Shown here: in pieces, positions 50,101-60,400 of the stretch
Layout: every line of letters starts with the position of its first letter
Position numbering within the stretch: position 1 is the first letter of the stretch
Source: Amoebophrya sp. A120
Taxonomy: Eukaryota > Protista > Dinoflagellata
Length of the DNA stretch: 64,000 nt
Assembly (NCBI GenBank): GCA_905178155.1
Contig: CAJINV010000003.1
Span: 11,334,733-11,398,732 of the forward strand
Direction: 5' to 3'
Translations under genes and position numbers: made by a program
The notes under the pieces: model-generated
Database searches by the model: none
What the model was told of the DNA's origin: nothing
Seen by the model: only the letters and a program-made list of their open reading frames with translations

Positions 50101-53100
50101 GCTGATCACGCAGAAGACATGTGTGTTCAGCTGAAACAGCATGTCGTTGGGATAAAACGTGCCAGTGCGAGTGAGGAACACGATACTGTAGGGGTAGGTC
50201 TTGTAGGTGTTGTCGCGCTGATAGTAGAAAATCGCGGTCTGGACGCAGTAGAAAAAAATCAGAAAACAACCGGTGGTGGCCAGAATCTCGAACAAATCCG
50301 CAGAGCCAAAGATCGGTAAGATACAGGCTCGACGACCGTCGACCTCCACCAAAAGATCCGTGGGTGATGATGTGGAGGAGGTAGGCAAAGGTTTATCCAT
50401 CACCATCTCCCCCAGGCTTGTACTCGCATATTGGTCGTGAAAAGGTGCTGCAGTAAGAGAGTTCTTGCACTCCACCTGCTCCTCGTTCTCAATTCCAAAA
50501 ACCTTGGCGTCGTTGACAACTCTTAGCTCGGACAACTCCGCAGGCCGTGCGAAGCCTCGAGTAGACGAGAGTCCCATACTCAGGGTTTCAAGCGGAACTC
50601 GCAGAGGGTCGAAAAACTTAGGCGTTGATCCAACTGGAAGCAGGAACCGCATGGGCATAAAGTCGCATGCTCTACCTCGCAGGGCGGCCTTACTAGAACT
50701 TCCGGCACCAGGTGGCACAGGCTGCAGTATTGACTCTTGTTGTTCAGTAGTTTGCTGTACGTCTATGAAAGATGACGACAACGACATTGTCATTGACCTG
50801 CCTCGCAAAAGCGAGCAGGCATTGTCAGAAGGTTGTTCGCGATCGTGTTCTTCTTTATTTTCGATTTTATTGGGCACGGGCCCCACTTGATGTTGTCTTG
50901 CTGCTCTGTGTGTGCTAGTGCGCGGCGTGCATCTGCTCTGCCCATTAATATTCTCGGGGCCGCATTTGATATCTTTGAACACATCAGTGCGTTGACTTGT
51001 ATGTTTCGCATGCTCCACGGTAGAAACTCGATGTTTGACCTGCTCGTCCACAGATGCAGAAGCTTCCTCCGAACCTGCTGCGCGGACATCGACATCTCTA
51101 CTTTCGCCGTTAAAAATGAACTCGAAATTATTCTCCGGCGAAGACGAACTCAAAGCTCTGCCGAGGAGCGTGAAGTTGCGCACGAGAAAGGAATGCCACT
51201 GCGTTTCCTGAGCGTTAGTGCGACGGAAATACCGCTGCGTCCACGAGAAGGACTCGTCGCGTTCGAGGTGTTGAGGCGGTTCGTAAAAAACCGCAAGGCC
51301 GTAGTTGTTTGCGAAACTCTTTGTCAGTGCCTCCGGCGGTTGGGCACAATTTCTGGTCCTTGTGGCGGTCTCTGAAGATTTTTCGGAGGCGTGGCCGCCG
51401 CGTGTCCAGGCAGTAATTTTCCCCGTGAAGAGGAGGAGAACTGACCACTCGCAAAGGGACAGCAAGATCGTCGCCACGGTTTGGGTCATGTGGGTTCTTA
51501 TTTGCGGTGTGTGAGGCTGTCCGGAACCTGGATCTTCTGCGGCTTCTGCCACCTCCTCGACCACGACCCGGCCGTGCCACTCGCCGACAAACGCACTGCC
51601 GACCAACTGCGCCAGCAGGAGCATTATGGATGTGTCAGAGTTGAAATCGACAAAGTTGAAAGAATTTGCCATGCATAAAATGGATGCCAGTTGGAACCGA
51701 GTTTCTAAGTGGCGCATGACAAATTTCGGCGGTCCCGAAATGCAGTTTGTCATGCTGTTTAGGCAAAGAAGAGTGATTTTCTTATGCTACTTTAGCAGCT
51801 CGAGCTGTAACCCCAAACAAGCTTACAATCGGCCTCACTTGCCTGCTCTGCAACGCACGTGCCTCGGGTCATGCATTTCATGCATTACAGATTATTTCAA
51901 CTTTGACGATTTCAAGCCTGACGCTTCCATAAGCATCCACACTAGTGTAGTTGTGCAGCGGCTTGAGCGACGCGGATCGCCCAGCAGAACCCGGCGGAGC
52001 GTCTCCCTCGCTTCGACAGAGGGCAGCAATCGCTTCACGAACAAGCACGATCGGCCTGGTGCAGGAGGAGCAGACGATGCGGCGGTCGTGGCAGAAGTGA
52101 CTGATGTTGTGGTCCTTGACCAACTTCTTCCACGTCCAATATCATCTACATCTTTCTCTTTCATATTGTTTCTACACTCTGATTCCTGGACTTCTTGCTC
52201 AACCTCATGCTTCGCCGTGTCGTTTGTCGTTGTGCTTGAGGGCCGCGTCGTTGTACTTGAAGGCTGCATTAGGTCGACCTCCATAGGCGGCGCCGGCGCA
52301 GCTGTGAGATTGATGATCCCACCTTCATCGCCTGGCTTCTCTGCTGACGAGACTTCATGAACAATGAGAGCATCGCTCAGTACCTGGATGAGAAGAAAAA
52401 AAACAACCTGCGCAAAAAAGAAAACACGGGCGAGATGCTGGCTGGTGCGTTTTGTGCCAGGAAACTGCCACATGCCCCACATTTCCCTTTGCCGCCAGTT
52501 CCGCCACTCGGGCTCAACCCGGAGATCGTGCGCTACATTTGTCCAAACGTCGCGCCCAATGATGTACTCGAAGAGCACGCGGCCCGTCGCCGGATCCCGT
52601 TGCCGCTGAATCGTAATTGGCGCCGTGAACCGCAACTGCCGGTATCCGTGCCCCCCCTCTTCAGGCGGCTTTTCCTGAAAGTAGAGCACGTCCGGTTGCA
52701 GCAGCAGTTCTCGAAAGGCATACAGTGCTGTACTAGTAGCAGCAGATTCATTTTCGTCAGCAGTCCTCGCGTTGTGGTCCATGTGTCCAACGTCGTCCTC
52801 GTCGTCGGGAGGTGACAATTGTGACGCGTTCAGCGCTCGGGGTGGAGCTCCTGCGGCCTCCCCAGGATCTAGTGCGACGTCGCTGCTGGTGTCCTCTTCT
52901 AGTTTCGCAACTTTATTACCTCCTCCAGGGGTGGCTGCAAGTTTTTGCATTTTGCCTTCGCTGTCGGTGGTCCCGTACGCTGCAGCAGGTCCCGCTGACG
53001 GCGCGTCGTAGTTGTTTTCATACCCATAAGTGCGAAAAGCAGCGTACTCCTCGTTGTCGAGCCTTCGTGTAGTGCCGAGAAAAAGAAGAAAAAAGGCCAG

Positions 53101-53541
53101 GAAGAACAACCACCTCAGATGCTTGAGAGGCAATTGAACCTCCTGGCGCCACGTCGCCTTGCGCTCTACAATTCTAATCCACATCCACACATACAGCGCA
53201 ACCAAGATGAGGCCCAGATGCACTCCAACCTGAAACACCACCCGGGAGATCAAGGAGAGCATATCGTAGCAGGGCCCGAAACACTGCATGTCCTTGTTCC
53301 ATTTGACACCCGTATACGAAAGCCTCGGGTCTACATGAAAATTGGTCGAGATCCGGAAGTCGCGAACCACCCGTGCCCAGCCGACGCGGCTAAATCCCGC
53401 AAGCAGGAAGGCGATCAACAGGCTCAGATAGATCAGAAAAAAACCATTGCGAATGAAAAAGCTTATGTCGTTGAAATAGTGCAGCCGCCGGAACAAAGCC
53501 GCGTGAAGCGGCACAGTCCGAGCTGTCTTACGGGGCGACAT
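44194..53541 (-). CDS. Polytopic membrane protein (~1,560 aa) with two Frag1/DRAM/Sfk1 (TMEM150/PGAP2)-like domains
   Basis: Inferred exons 53541-51932, 51619-49734, 49391-49073, 48765-48710, 46508-46356, 45920-45496, 44589-44583, 44423-44194 (4686 nt, in frame). Motifs DPRLSYTG...LSLCEW (domain 1) and FLTRTGTFYPNDMLF...VHNL...FSVIEY (domain 2) resemble the family's P-x-IS-x-x-G and EW/EY signatures; recognised by eye. Confidence 0.75.
44429..44582. mobile_element. Introner
   Basis: TATCACACAGAAAAACGCTAGC ... GCTAGCCTATTTCTGTGGAATA; perfect GGCTT flanks. Confidence 0.9.
44595..45494. mobile_element. Introner with nested GC-rich insertion
   Basis: TATTTACGTGCGCGGTCA ... TGACCTCACTACATA; flanks CTTCG/CTTCT; the same right end TGACCTCACTACATA recurs at 40581-40595. 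Confidence 0.75.
45926..46355. mobile_element. Introner
   Basis: TTTCCTGAGTAA ... TTACTCAGGATA; perfect GAAGG flanks; removal gives IWRLRRRILQ. Confidence 0.88.
46514..48709. mobile_element. Introner with nested insertions
   Basis: TATTCTAAGTAAAAACG ... CGATTTTACACAGCATA; AAAAA flanks; removal gives AAGLFFCPTG. Confidence 0.8.
48771..49072. mobile_element. Introner
   Basis: TATCCTG ... CAGGATA; flanks TGCCG/TACCG; removal gives WSR[YH]RFKAH. Confidence 0.85.
49397..49733. mobile_element. Introner
   Basis: TATCGCGAGGAAAAGAATCCCCTCC ... GGAGGGGGATTTTTCATTTTGATA; flanks TAGTC/TCGTC. Confidence 0.85.
51625..51931. mobile_element. Introner
   Basis: 37-bp imperfect TIR TATGGATGTGTCAGAGTTGAAATCGACAAAGTTGAAA; perfect AGCAT flanks; fuses ORFs 51892 and 49723 in frame (VWMLLLAQ). 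Confidence 0.93.
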
Positions 53542-54202
53542 GTTGATCTACGTGATCTCGTCACGCCAAAGAAAGTATGAACTCCAATCACGACAAGGTC
53601 CTTGAAGGAGAAGCAACGAATTCGAAAATCTGACCAAGAGAAAGCGCATTCGACGGAAGTAGTACTTACACAACGGATATCTTCATCCACGAGGACGCTG
53701 GAAGATTATTGCATTGGCGTGCTCTACCAAGTACGTCCTTCGGAGAATTATAGTTGCTTTTCAGCACATTGCTTCAAAACAAGAGTGAAGCGAAAAAATG
53801 TCCAATGTTGCTTTCAAATGCTTTCACTGGCAAAAATGGGATCTCATCGAACAACTTATATAGAAGAAAGGACCAACATCTTCCTGACCAGCGTAGATTA
53901 GAACTTGTCGACATTCTTGAGACTACTCCTCTCAAACTGCCACTTGCGCTATTTAAGAGATGGTCCACATTCACCCAAGGGATTGCAACAAGTATTGTGC
54001 TTCGATCGCTTTTGTTTCCCCAGCACCCCGACAGGCGAATGCTTGCGGAATATGATCTACACGGCTTGTTATCGTTATTTGTTTCCTCTCTGTATCACAG
54101 ACCGTGCGGCGAAAAGTCCAAGCAACAAGTTGTGAGCTATTACTTTATTATATCATACGACTGACCGACACCGACCAGCACCAGCCACATCCGTGCTCCT
54201 GT

Positions 54203-54224
54203 GCCGTAGCCATTTTGGCTCAAG
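54203..54224 (+). ncRNA. Dinoflagellate spliced-leader (DinoSL) exon sequence
   Basis: GCCGTAGCCATTTTGGCTCAAG matches the 22-nt DinoSL consensus DCCGTAGCCATTTTGGCTCAAG, including the exonic Sm-like ATTTTGG. Followed by GG, not GT. Confidence 0.93.
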
Positions 54225-55552
54225 GGCTCATATCCATTAAGAGAAGTACAACATTAGATACCGTGTCGGAACTGGGGCCCACTGCACTGGGCCCCTTGAG
54301 AGTAGGTCCTGGGCAGCCTGGGCCACTTTAGAGTAGGCCCGCTTCAATGGACTGGGCTTTGTGGTGGTCGGCGGTGGCCTCTTCACATGTGGCTGGCTAG
54401 AATGGGGCAGGGAACGACGCAACGCTTTGCACCACGGGCACGCGACTACCCGATGACAGTATGGACGCCGATCCGGGCAGGAGCACATGCCCCCCACGAC
54501 TAATGTACCTATTTGTAAGTATTTAGTTTCCTACGACTAGTGGACCAAGCTAACCCTCACCTTAACCCTCTGGGGCGATTATGTAACTCGGCAGCTAGTA
54601 TGTGCAGCGTCATATAAACTCTCTGCATGGTTGTTGTATGTTGCTCAGAGAATTTTTCATAATAAAAAGAATGGCCGACATCTGATCTTCTCGGACTCAG
54701 ATCTGCAAAGATTCGCACTGAGCTTATGCCTCACTTCGGTGGGCCGTGGTCAGCGGTGGCCTCTTCACATATGACTCGATCGACAGGGGCAGAGCTCCGC
54801 CTAATTACCCCAGGCTCACGAATACCAAATGCCAGTGTGGACGAGGTGGCGCGAGGAGTACCACAACAAGTTTACTTAACCTGCGACCGAGCGACTAGGC
54901 CCTCCGCTACCGCATCGAGCCTGTGCGAGAAGCAAAAGCAGCTCTTAAAACTTTTTTGGTACCACCCTCCTATGTATTTGAACAGGACCAAAACACCTTG
55001 CCCGGGCACGAAACAGAAGCGCTACAATTAAGAACGCTGCTCTTCCCGTTGCTCAGTCGAAGTAAGTACTGACTTAGATAAACGCCTCCAAACGTTAACG
55101 TCGGAAGGGCACCACACGTGTTGAGTTTATTGCTTCTTGTTTCCCTATATTTACAAGCTGTGCTAGTAGCGCGCCACGGGGTATCGATATCGTCCAGTTG
55201 AGACCGGCCGACTGATGCCCGAGGGCCCGATACTGTCTAGAGTCCGAAGACTCGAGCTATCTAATTCTAAACGAGGTGTATATTAATGTCTAGCTTCCTA
55301 AGAAGCTTAAACCGATATACTCCGAGGAGAATTGTAAACAAGTTGTTTTGTGATCTCAGATCTACGAGGGATCTATTAGAACTAGTCTCCGAGGAGCTCG
55401 GGCTAATCGCGGCTAGTCTCCGAAGAGAAAAAAAAAAGATCAGGATCTGATGCTGACAAGCAGAAGTTATCTGGTTTTTTCTGTTTTTTATTGTCAGTCG
55501 CTCCTGAATCTCAGAACTTCTTTCGCCGTCTTTCCTAATAGAAGCGAAGACC

Positions 55553-56380
55553 TCACGTTTCTCTGCCGTGCCACCTGGCAATCGCAAACCCCACCAGGAG
55601 CTGCTCCATGCGTAAATGCCCGCACTGCTTTGCCTTCTCGATGGGTGTTTCGCCGATGGCATTCAGCGCATGCAGTTTGGCCTTCTTCTTCAGCAGCACC
55701 CTCGCCACGTCGCGGTGGTCTCTTTCCGCGGCCAAGTGCAGCGGCGTTGCCCGTAACCTCGCGTCGGGGCGCGCATCGATCAGCCAGGGAAAGCGGTCGC
55801 ACAGCAGCGTCGCTACCTCAGCGGAAGCGTGTAAGGCCGTGAGGTGCAGCGCCGCCCATCCCTCGGTGTCCTGGGCCAGCAACAAGGTCGTCCATTTCAA
55901 CTCCTCTCGAGGGAGGTCCGTCTGCCATCCGGGCGTCATGTGGTGCGGCTGATCGCCGAAGATGCCGGAGTCGAGCAGCTTCCTGACTCCTTCGACGTCG
56001 TTCACCTTGATCAACTCGAAAAAATACTGCACCGCGCGGTCTCGAACCCGCCCAATGTCTCGGCGGGGGGACTGCAGTTCCGACCCCCGCCGCGGCAGCT
56101 GCTGCTTATCGCTGCACAGCTTTGCCAGTAAATCGTCCTGCTTGGCGCGGTGCACGGCTGTGCGGGGCTCGGCCTCCTTCCATGCATCAAGAATGTCAAA
56201 CTTGTTCGGCCCAAAGAACCGCTGAAATTGCGTGTACGTGAAGAGGCGCCCATCGGCGGCACACCGCAGCGCGTCGCCCTCCACATCCATGCCCGGAAGC
56301 ATATTGTCCCCGTCTAGAATCGATCGCATGTTATTCAACACGCGGTCGGAAATGACGAACTCGTCCTGTTGATCGCCCAT
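55553..56380 (-). CDS. Ankyrin-repeat protein (275 aa)
   Basis: Single ORF with ankyrin consensus segments EGWAALHLTA, RATPLHLAAERDHRDVARVLLKKKAKLHALNAIGETPIEKA. Confidence 0.88.
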   Translation of the reverse strand: MGDQQDEFVISDRVLNNMRSILDGDNMLPGMDVEGDALRCAADGRLFTYTQFQRFFGPNKFDILDAWKEAEPRTAVHRAKQDDLLAKLCSDKQQLPRRGSELQSPRRDIGRVRDRAVQYFFELIKVNDVEGVRKLLDSGIFGDQPHHMTPGWQTDLPREELKWTTLLLAQDTEGWAALHLTALHASAEVATLLCDRFPWLIDARPDARLRATPLHLAAERDHRDVARVLLKKKAKLHALNAIGETPIEKAKQCGHLRMEQLLVGFAIARWHGRET

Positions 56381-57425
56381 TTTTTTGTTCGCGCACGATC
56401 GATTTCCTGCTGAGTAGTTCTTCTATTTTCTTTCTGCACGCAAAGGATGGCAAAAACAGATGACGAACTAGGACGACCTTGTGTCGCTTACATCTATGTA
56501 TTTTTTTCTTCTGATGTTTATTTCCATGCAGCGCCCACGCATTGGTGGCGCTCTTGGGCAATATCAATATATCTTTACGTAAAGGTAGCAATAAGAACAA
56601 AAACGAGTCTTGGAAACTACGATAGATGCCACGATGTCTACATGATTCAACATGACACGGCCCCAGCCGCCAACATACCCATTTTTTTCCTAAATCGTTA
56701 TCGTCCTGGTGGTCGTGGTCCGGCGGGTGTACATAATTCGAGGCGCCCTGCAGGTAGTGCAACGCTTGGATTAGGATTAGCCTTATCGTAATCGACGGAA
56801 TACTAAATCAAGGACCGACTCCTGGAGCTTCGGTGCTGCGTGCGCGAGCACAAGTATTACTTTATCAGTTGAGATTGCAGCAATCTCAAGCCGCGAGGTC
56901 AAGAACCGAATGAAATCTGAAACCACTGGATTTCCCCACGTCGACGTACAATAGACTAGCTACCGAAGGCAATAGACTAGCTACCGACCTGTCTCGCTGG
57001 CTCTATCAAAACCATGCCCCCAATATTAAACCAACGACCCTAGTATTCAACGAAGTACTTTTTCGACAGAGCGATATTGCAGTTGGAGCAGGGCGCCACC
57101 ACTACCGAACTTCCGTCTAAGGATGCAAATTACCCACAATTATTCTCTATAGTACCACATTGCAAACATGTTTACCACCGACCAGTGCATAATTATAATT
57201 ATTGGAATCTTCCCGCCAAAAACAAATATTAAATCGAACAAGTTTATAATTGATTCCCAGAAGCACGACTCAAGGATTTTTTTATGCGCTATGCTGTTGA
57301 CTCTGCGATTTTTTTGTCGTCAGTGCCTGCAGCTCCCCTGCGTAAGTAGTGCGAGTCATCGATTAAAAAAAACGATCCCGATGCGCCCTCACCGATTTCA
57401 TCGGAAGGGGGCAGCTCGCACATTT

Positions 57426-60400
57426 CTAAAAGTCGTGGCACTTGGGTGGAGGTCCAATGTCCGTAAAACCTGCAGACCGGGGATCGCGCTGCCAGCGAAA
57501 GGCGCCCACACCAGCTTGCGCGGGGGCTACGAGCGCGGTGTGCATGACAGCCCTGACAGGCCCCCCGCGCACTATCCGCTGAGGGTTGGCACCGCCGTAT
57601 ATCATGATGAAAAACCCACCTGTCCACGTACTCAAGCAGAGACTTGTGGTGCAGCATAATTTGTGATCACAAATTAGCGCGTCGTCGTGCTAGGAGGGAA
57701 GAGATGTGGACCGCAGTGCTGGCTGGCGTACGAAAGCACTGCGCTTTCAGCATGACAGGAAGCAGAAGCGCCTGGAAGCAGGAAACGGCATCGCAAATTG
57801 CCTTCAAACGCGGTCGCGACCACTCCGTCACGTGGTCTTCTAGCAATGCAAGTCGACGACCTGTGTACGCAAGTCCAGCATCACAAATTTCCTTTTCCAT
57901 ACGTGGAGCGGGGATTTTTCCTCACAATACCGCAGAAGAGCGGGACGCGCAACCGGTCTTGCTTGTGCTTGCGCCGCAATCCGCCGTCTCGCTCCTTCTT
58001 TTGCACGACCTCAGCAAATATGCATTGCAAATATGTCTGGGTCTGGAAAATGGCGGACTCTTTCGTGCTGTTTTTGCATGACCCAGAAGCTCTGGCATGC
58101 ACGTAATCGCATCAGTGGTTTTGAGGAGAAGCTTGCCCAATACCTATCCCGCATGAAAAACATCAGGAGACTTTGATCACACGAAATAGGCTGCTTCTGG
58201 CTTCCACGCATGACTGATTTCGGTCTGATCCAAAATGCGCATCACAAGTTTGATCAATCTTCCAGACCCGGACATACTTGCATTTTTTGATAGCGAAAAA
58301 ATCTTCGTCGCCGTCGGCTTCTCCTTCTGCCCGCGAGGATACTAATACGTCCACCTCTTGTTCCAGTTTCTTTTCCTCTGGAGGCGGGGCCTCCCCTCCA
58401 GTACCAGTCTTGCTCATCAGCAGTGGCTGTTGATAAAGAGTTCCGCTTGCAGGGGACGATAACTGTAAACCAAGTGAGGAACTAAAACCCGATGGTGCCC
58501 CGCCTTTGGCCCCGGCCCGCTTCAGCAGGTTCGGTAGCACCATGCGTGCCTGCGTCTTGCGCGTTTCAGACAGTTTCACGCGCACGTCGTTAAAGTAGTT
58601 CAGCTGCTCCATGGCGGTGAAGCGCCCAACTGTGGAAAGAAAAAACTTTATCACAGTCATGTCACTAACTTGCAGGTTTTGCATTACAAATTTTTTTTAG
58701 CATCACAAGCTTTCTTTGTATTGCAGAAACACTAGGGAAATTCCCTATGAAGCTTGGCTGTCATGCATTTTTACGCATGGCGGCCAATTTTGTATTGCAA
58801 AAATGCGCATGAGTGATCGTGACGAACTTTTTTTGTTTGATACCAACCTGGGGAACTGCACTGCCTAAAAAGCGTTGGCTGCGCTCGATGTCGCGCACGA
58901 GGAGTGAGACGTCGGCTGCAGAAGAAAGGCGCACGACCGCGTCCTGGTAAAAATGAATATCCGCAGCTGGTCGTGTAGAAGCCATGGAGAAAAGCGGTCG
59001 TGATGTGGACGAAATGATACTAGTTTTGCTCTTGCTCGGGTCCAGGAGCTCGGTGCGCTGCTTTACTTTTTTTCCAACTCCTTGCATATGCACATGCTGC
59101 ACCGGGACCGCATGCTCGCAGTATTGCCGAACCGCAAAGGGAGTCAACGCCTGATCTTCATCTTCATCCCCGTGTGTCGGAGAGCAGCGCAGCGTTAATC
59201 GGACCAGCACGATCTCCGAAGCGGCGGAGTCCGGCATTTGAGACGTCGGCCCCCGATATCAAATGTAAAAATGTCTGGGTCTGGAAGGATGTAACTTGTG
59301 ATGCGCATTTCAGAACACACAAAAATCTCTGATGCATAGGCAGCAAAAGCTGCTCGCTTTTTGTCACCAAAGTGGGGGATTTGTCATGCGGATTCGGCAT
59401 TGCGGAAGCTTCTCGAAACCTGTGATGCTAGAGCTTCCATGCCAGACCTTCTGTGTCATGCAGAAACAGCATGAATCTTCCAGACCCAGACACTTTTACA
59501 TTTGATACCCGAAGACCGGAGCCGCCGGTCGTTGTAGTTCCCCTGCTCCTGGATGAGGTGGATGAGGTGGCATGATTTATTGCTCCAAGTCGCTTGTACT
59601 CTTTCCGCTGCTCATTCAGTTCCTCCTGGTGCAACACGCGCAACACCTTCCCGTCGCGTCGTTCGGGCCAGCTCGCGGGCCAGCGGTTGTGGAGGGCGGC
59701 TCGAGCAAGCAACGCTGTCTCCAGCGATTCGAATTCGAGAAAAACGTGCGCTGCTGGCCTGTTGGTGCGCGGATATCCACAGAAAAAAAAGTAACCCATC
59801 CACATCCATTTTGTCATGGAAAACGCCTAGTATCAAAAAATCATGTGTTTTTTATGCAAACAATGGATGTGGATGGGTTTTTTTCTGTGGATAGCGGATG
59901 CGGCGACATCCGAATGTGCTGTGGCAGATCACGCGCCGCAGGATAGCTGTCCCCCGAAATACGACCACTTTCGCCCTGCATTTTTCGAGCGAAAAACTTC
60001 TTAGGCAAATGATCGCGCGAGCTGCCCCGCGTGGGGCCTGTAGAACAATTGTTCCGCCGGTGGTCGTCGTCCACGATCTGCTGCGCAAGATGAACTTCTG
60101 GGGTTTCAGAAGTTCTAGTACTATTTGCTTGTTGTGCGCGGCGCGCCGCCGTTTCTGCTGCAAGCACCAGGTCAACATCGTCATTGTCAACACAAGAACC
60201 ATCTTCTTCGCCCCCCAACGAGCCTCTGGAGAAGTCTTTCCCCTCCGTCCGCTGGCGCTCCTGCCGCACGAGGTAAGCGAAACCCACCAGGAGCGCGGAA
60301 AGCGACAGGAACACCGGGGCGTTTTCCACGTAAAGTGTTCTCTTCCCAGTAGAGGAGGTAGTTGTAGTGGTGGAAGTCTTGGCTCCGCGCGCTGGCTCGG

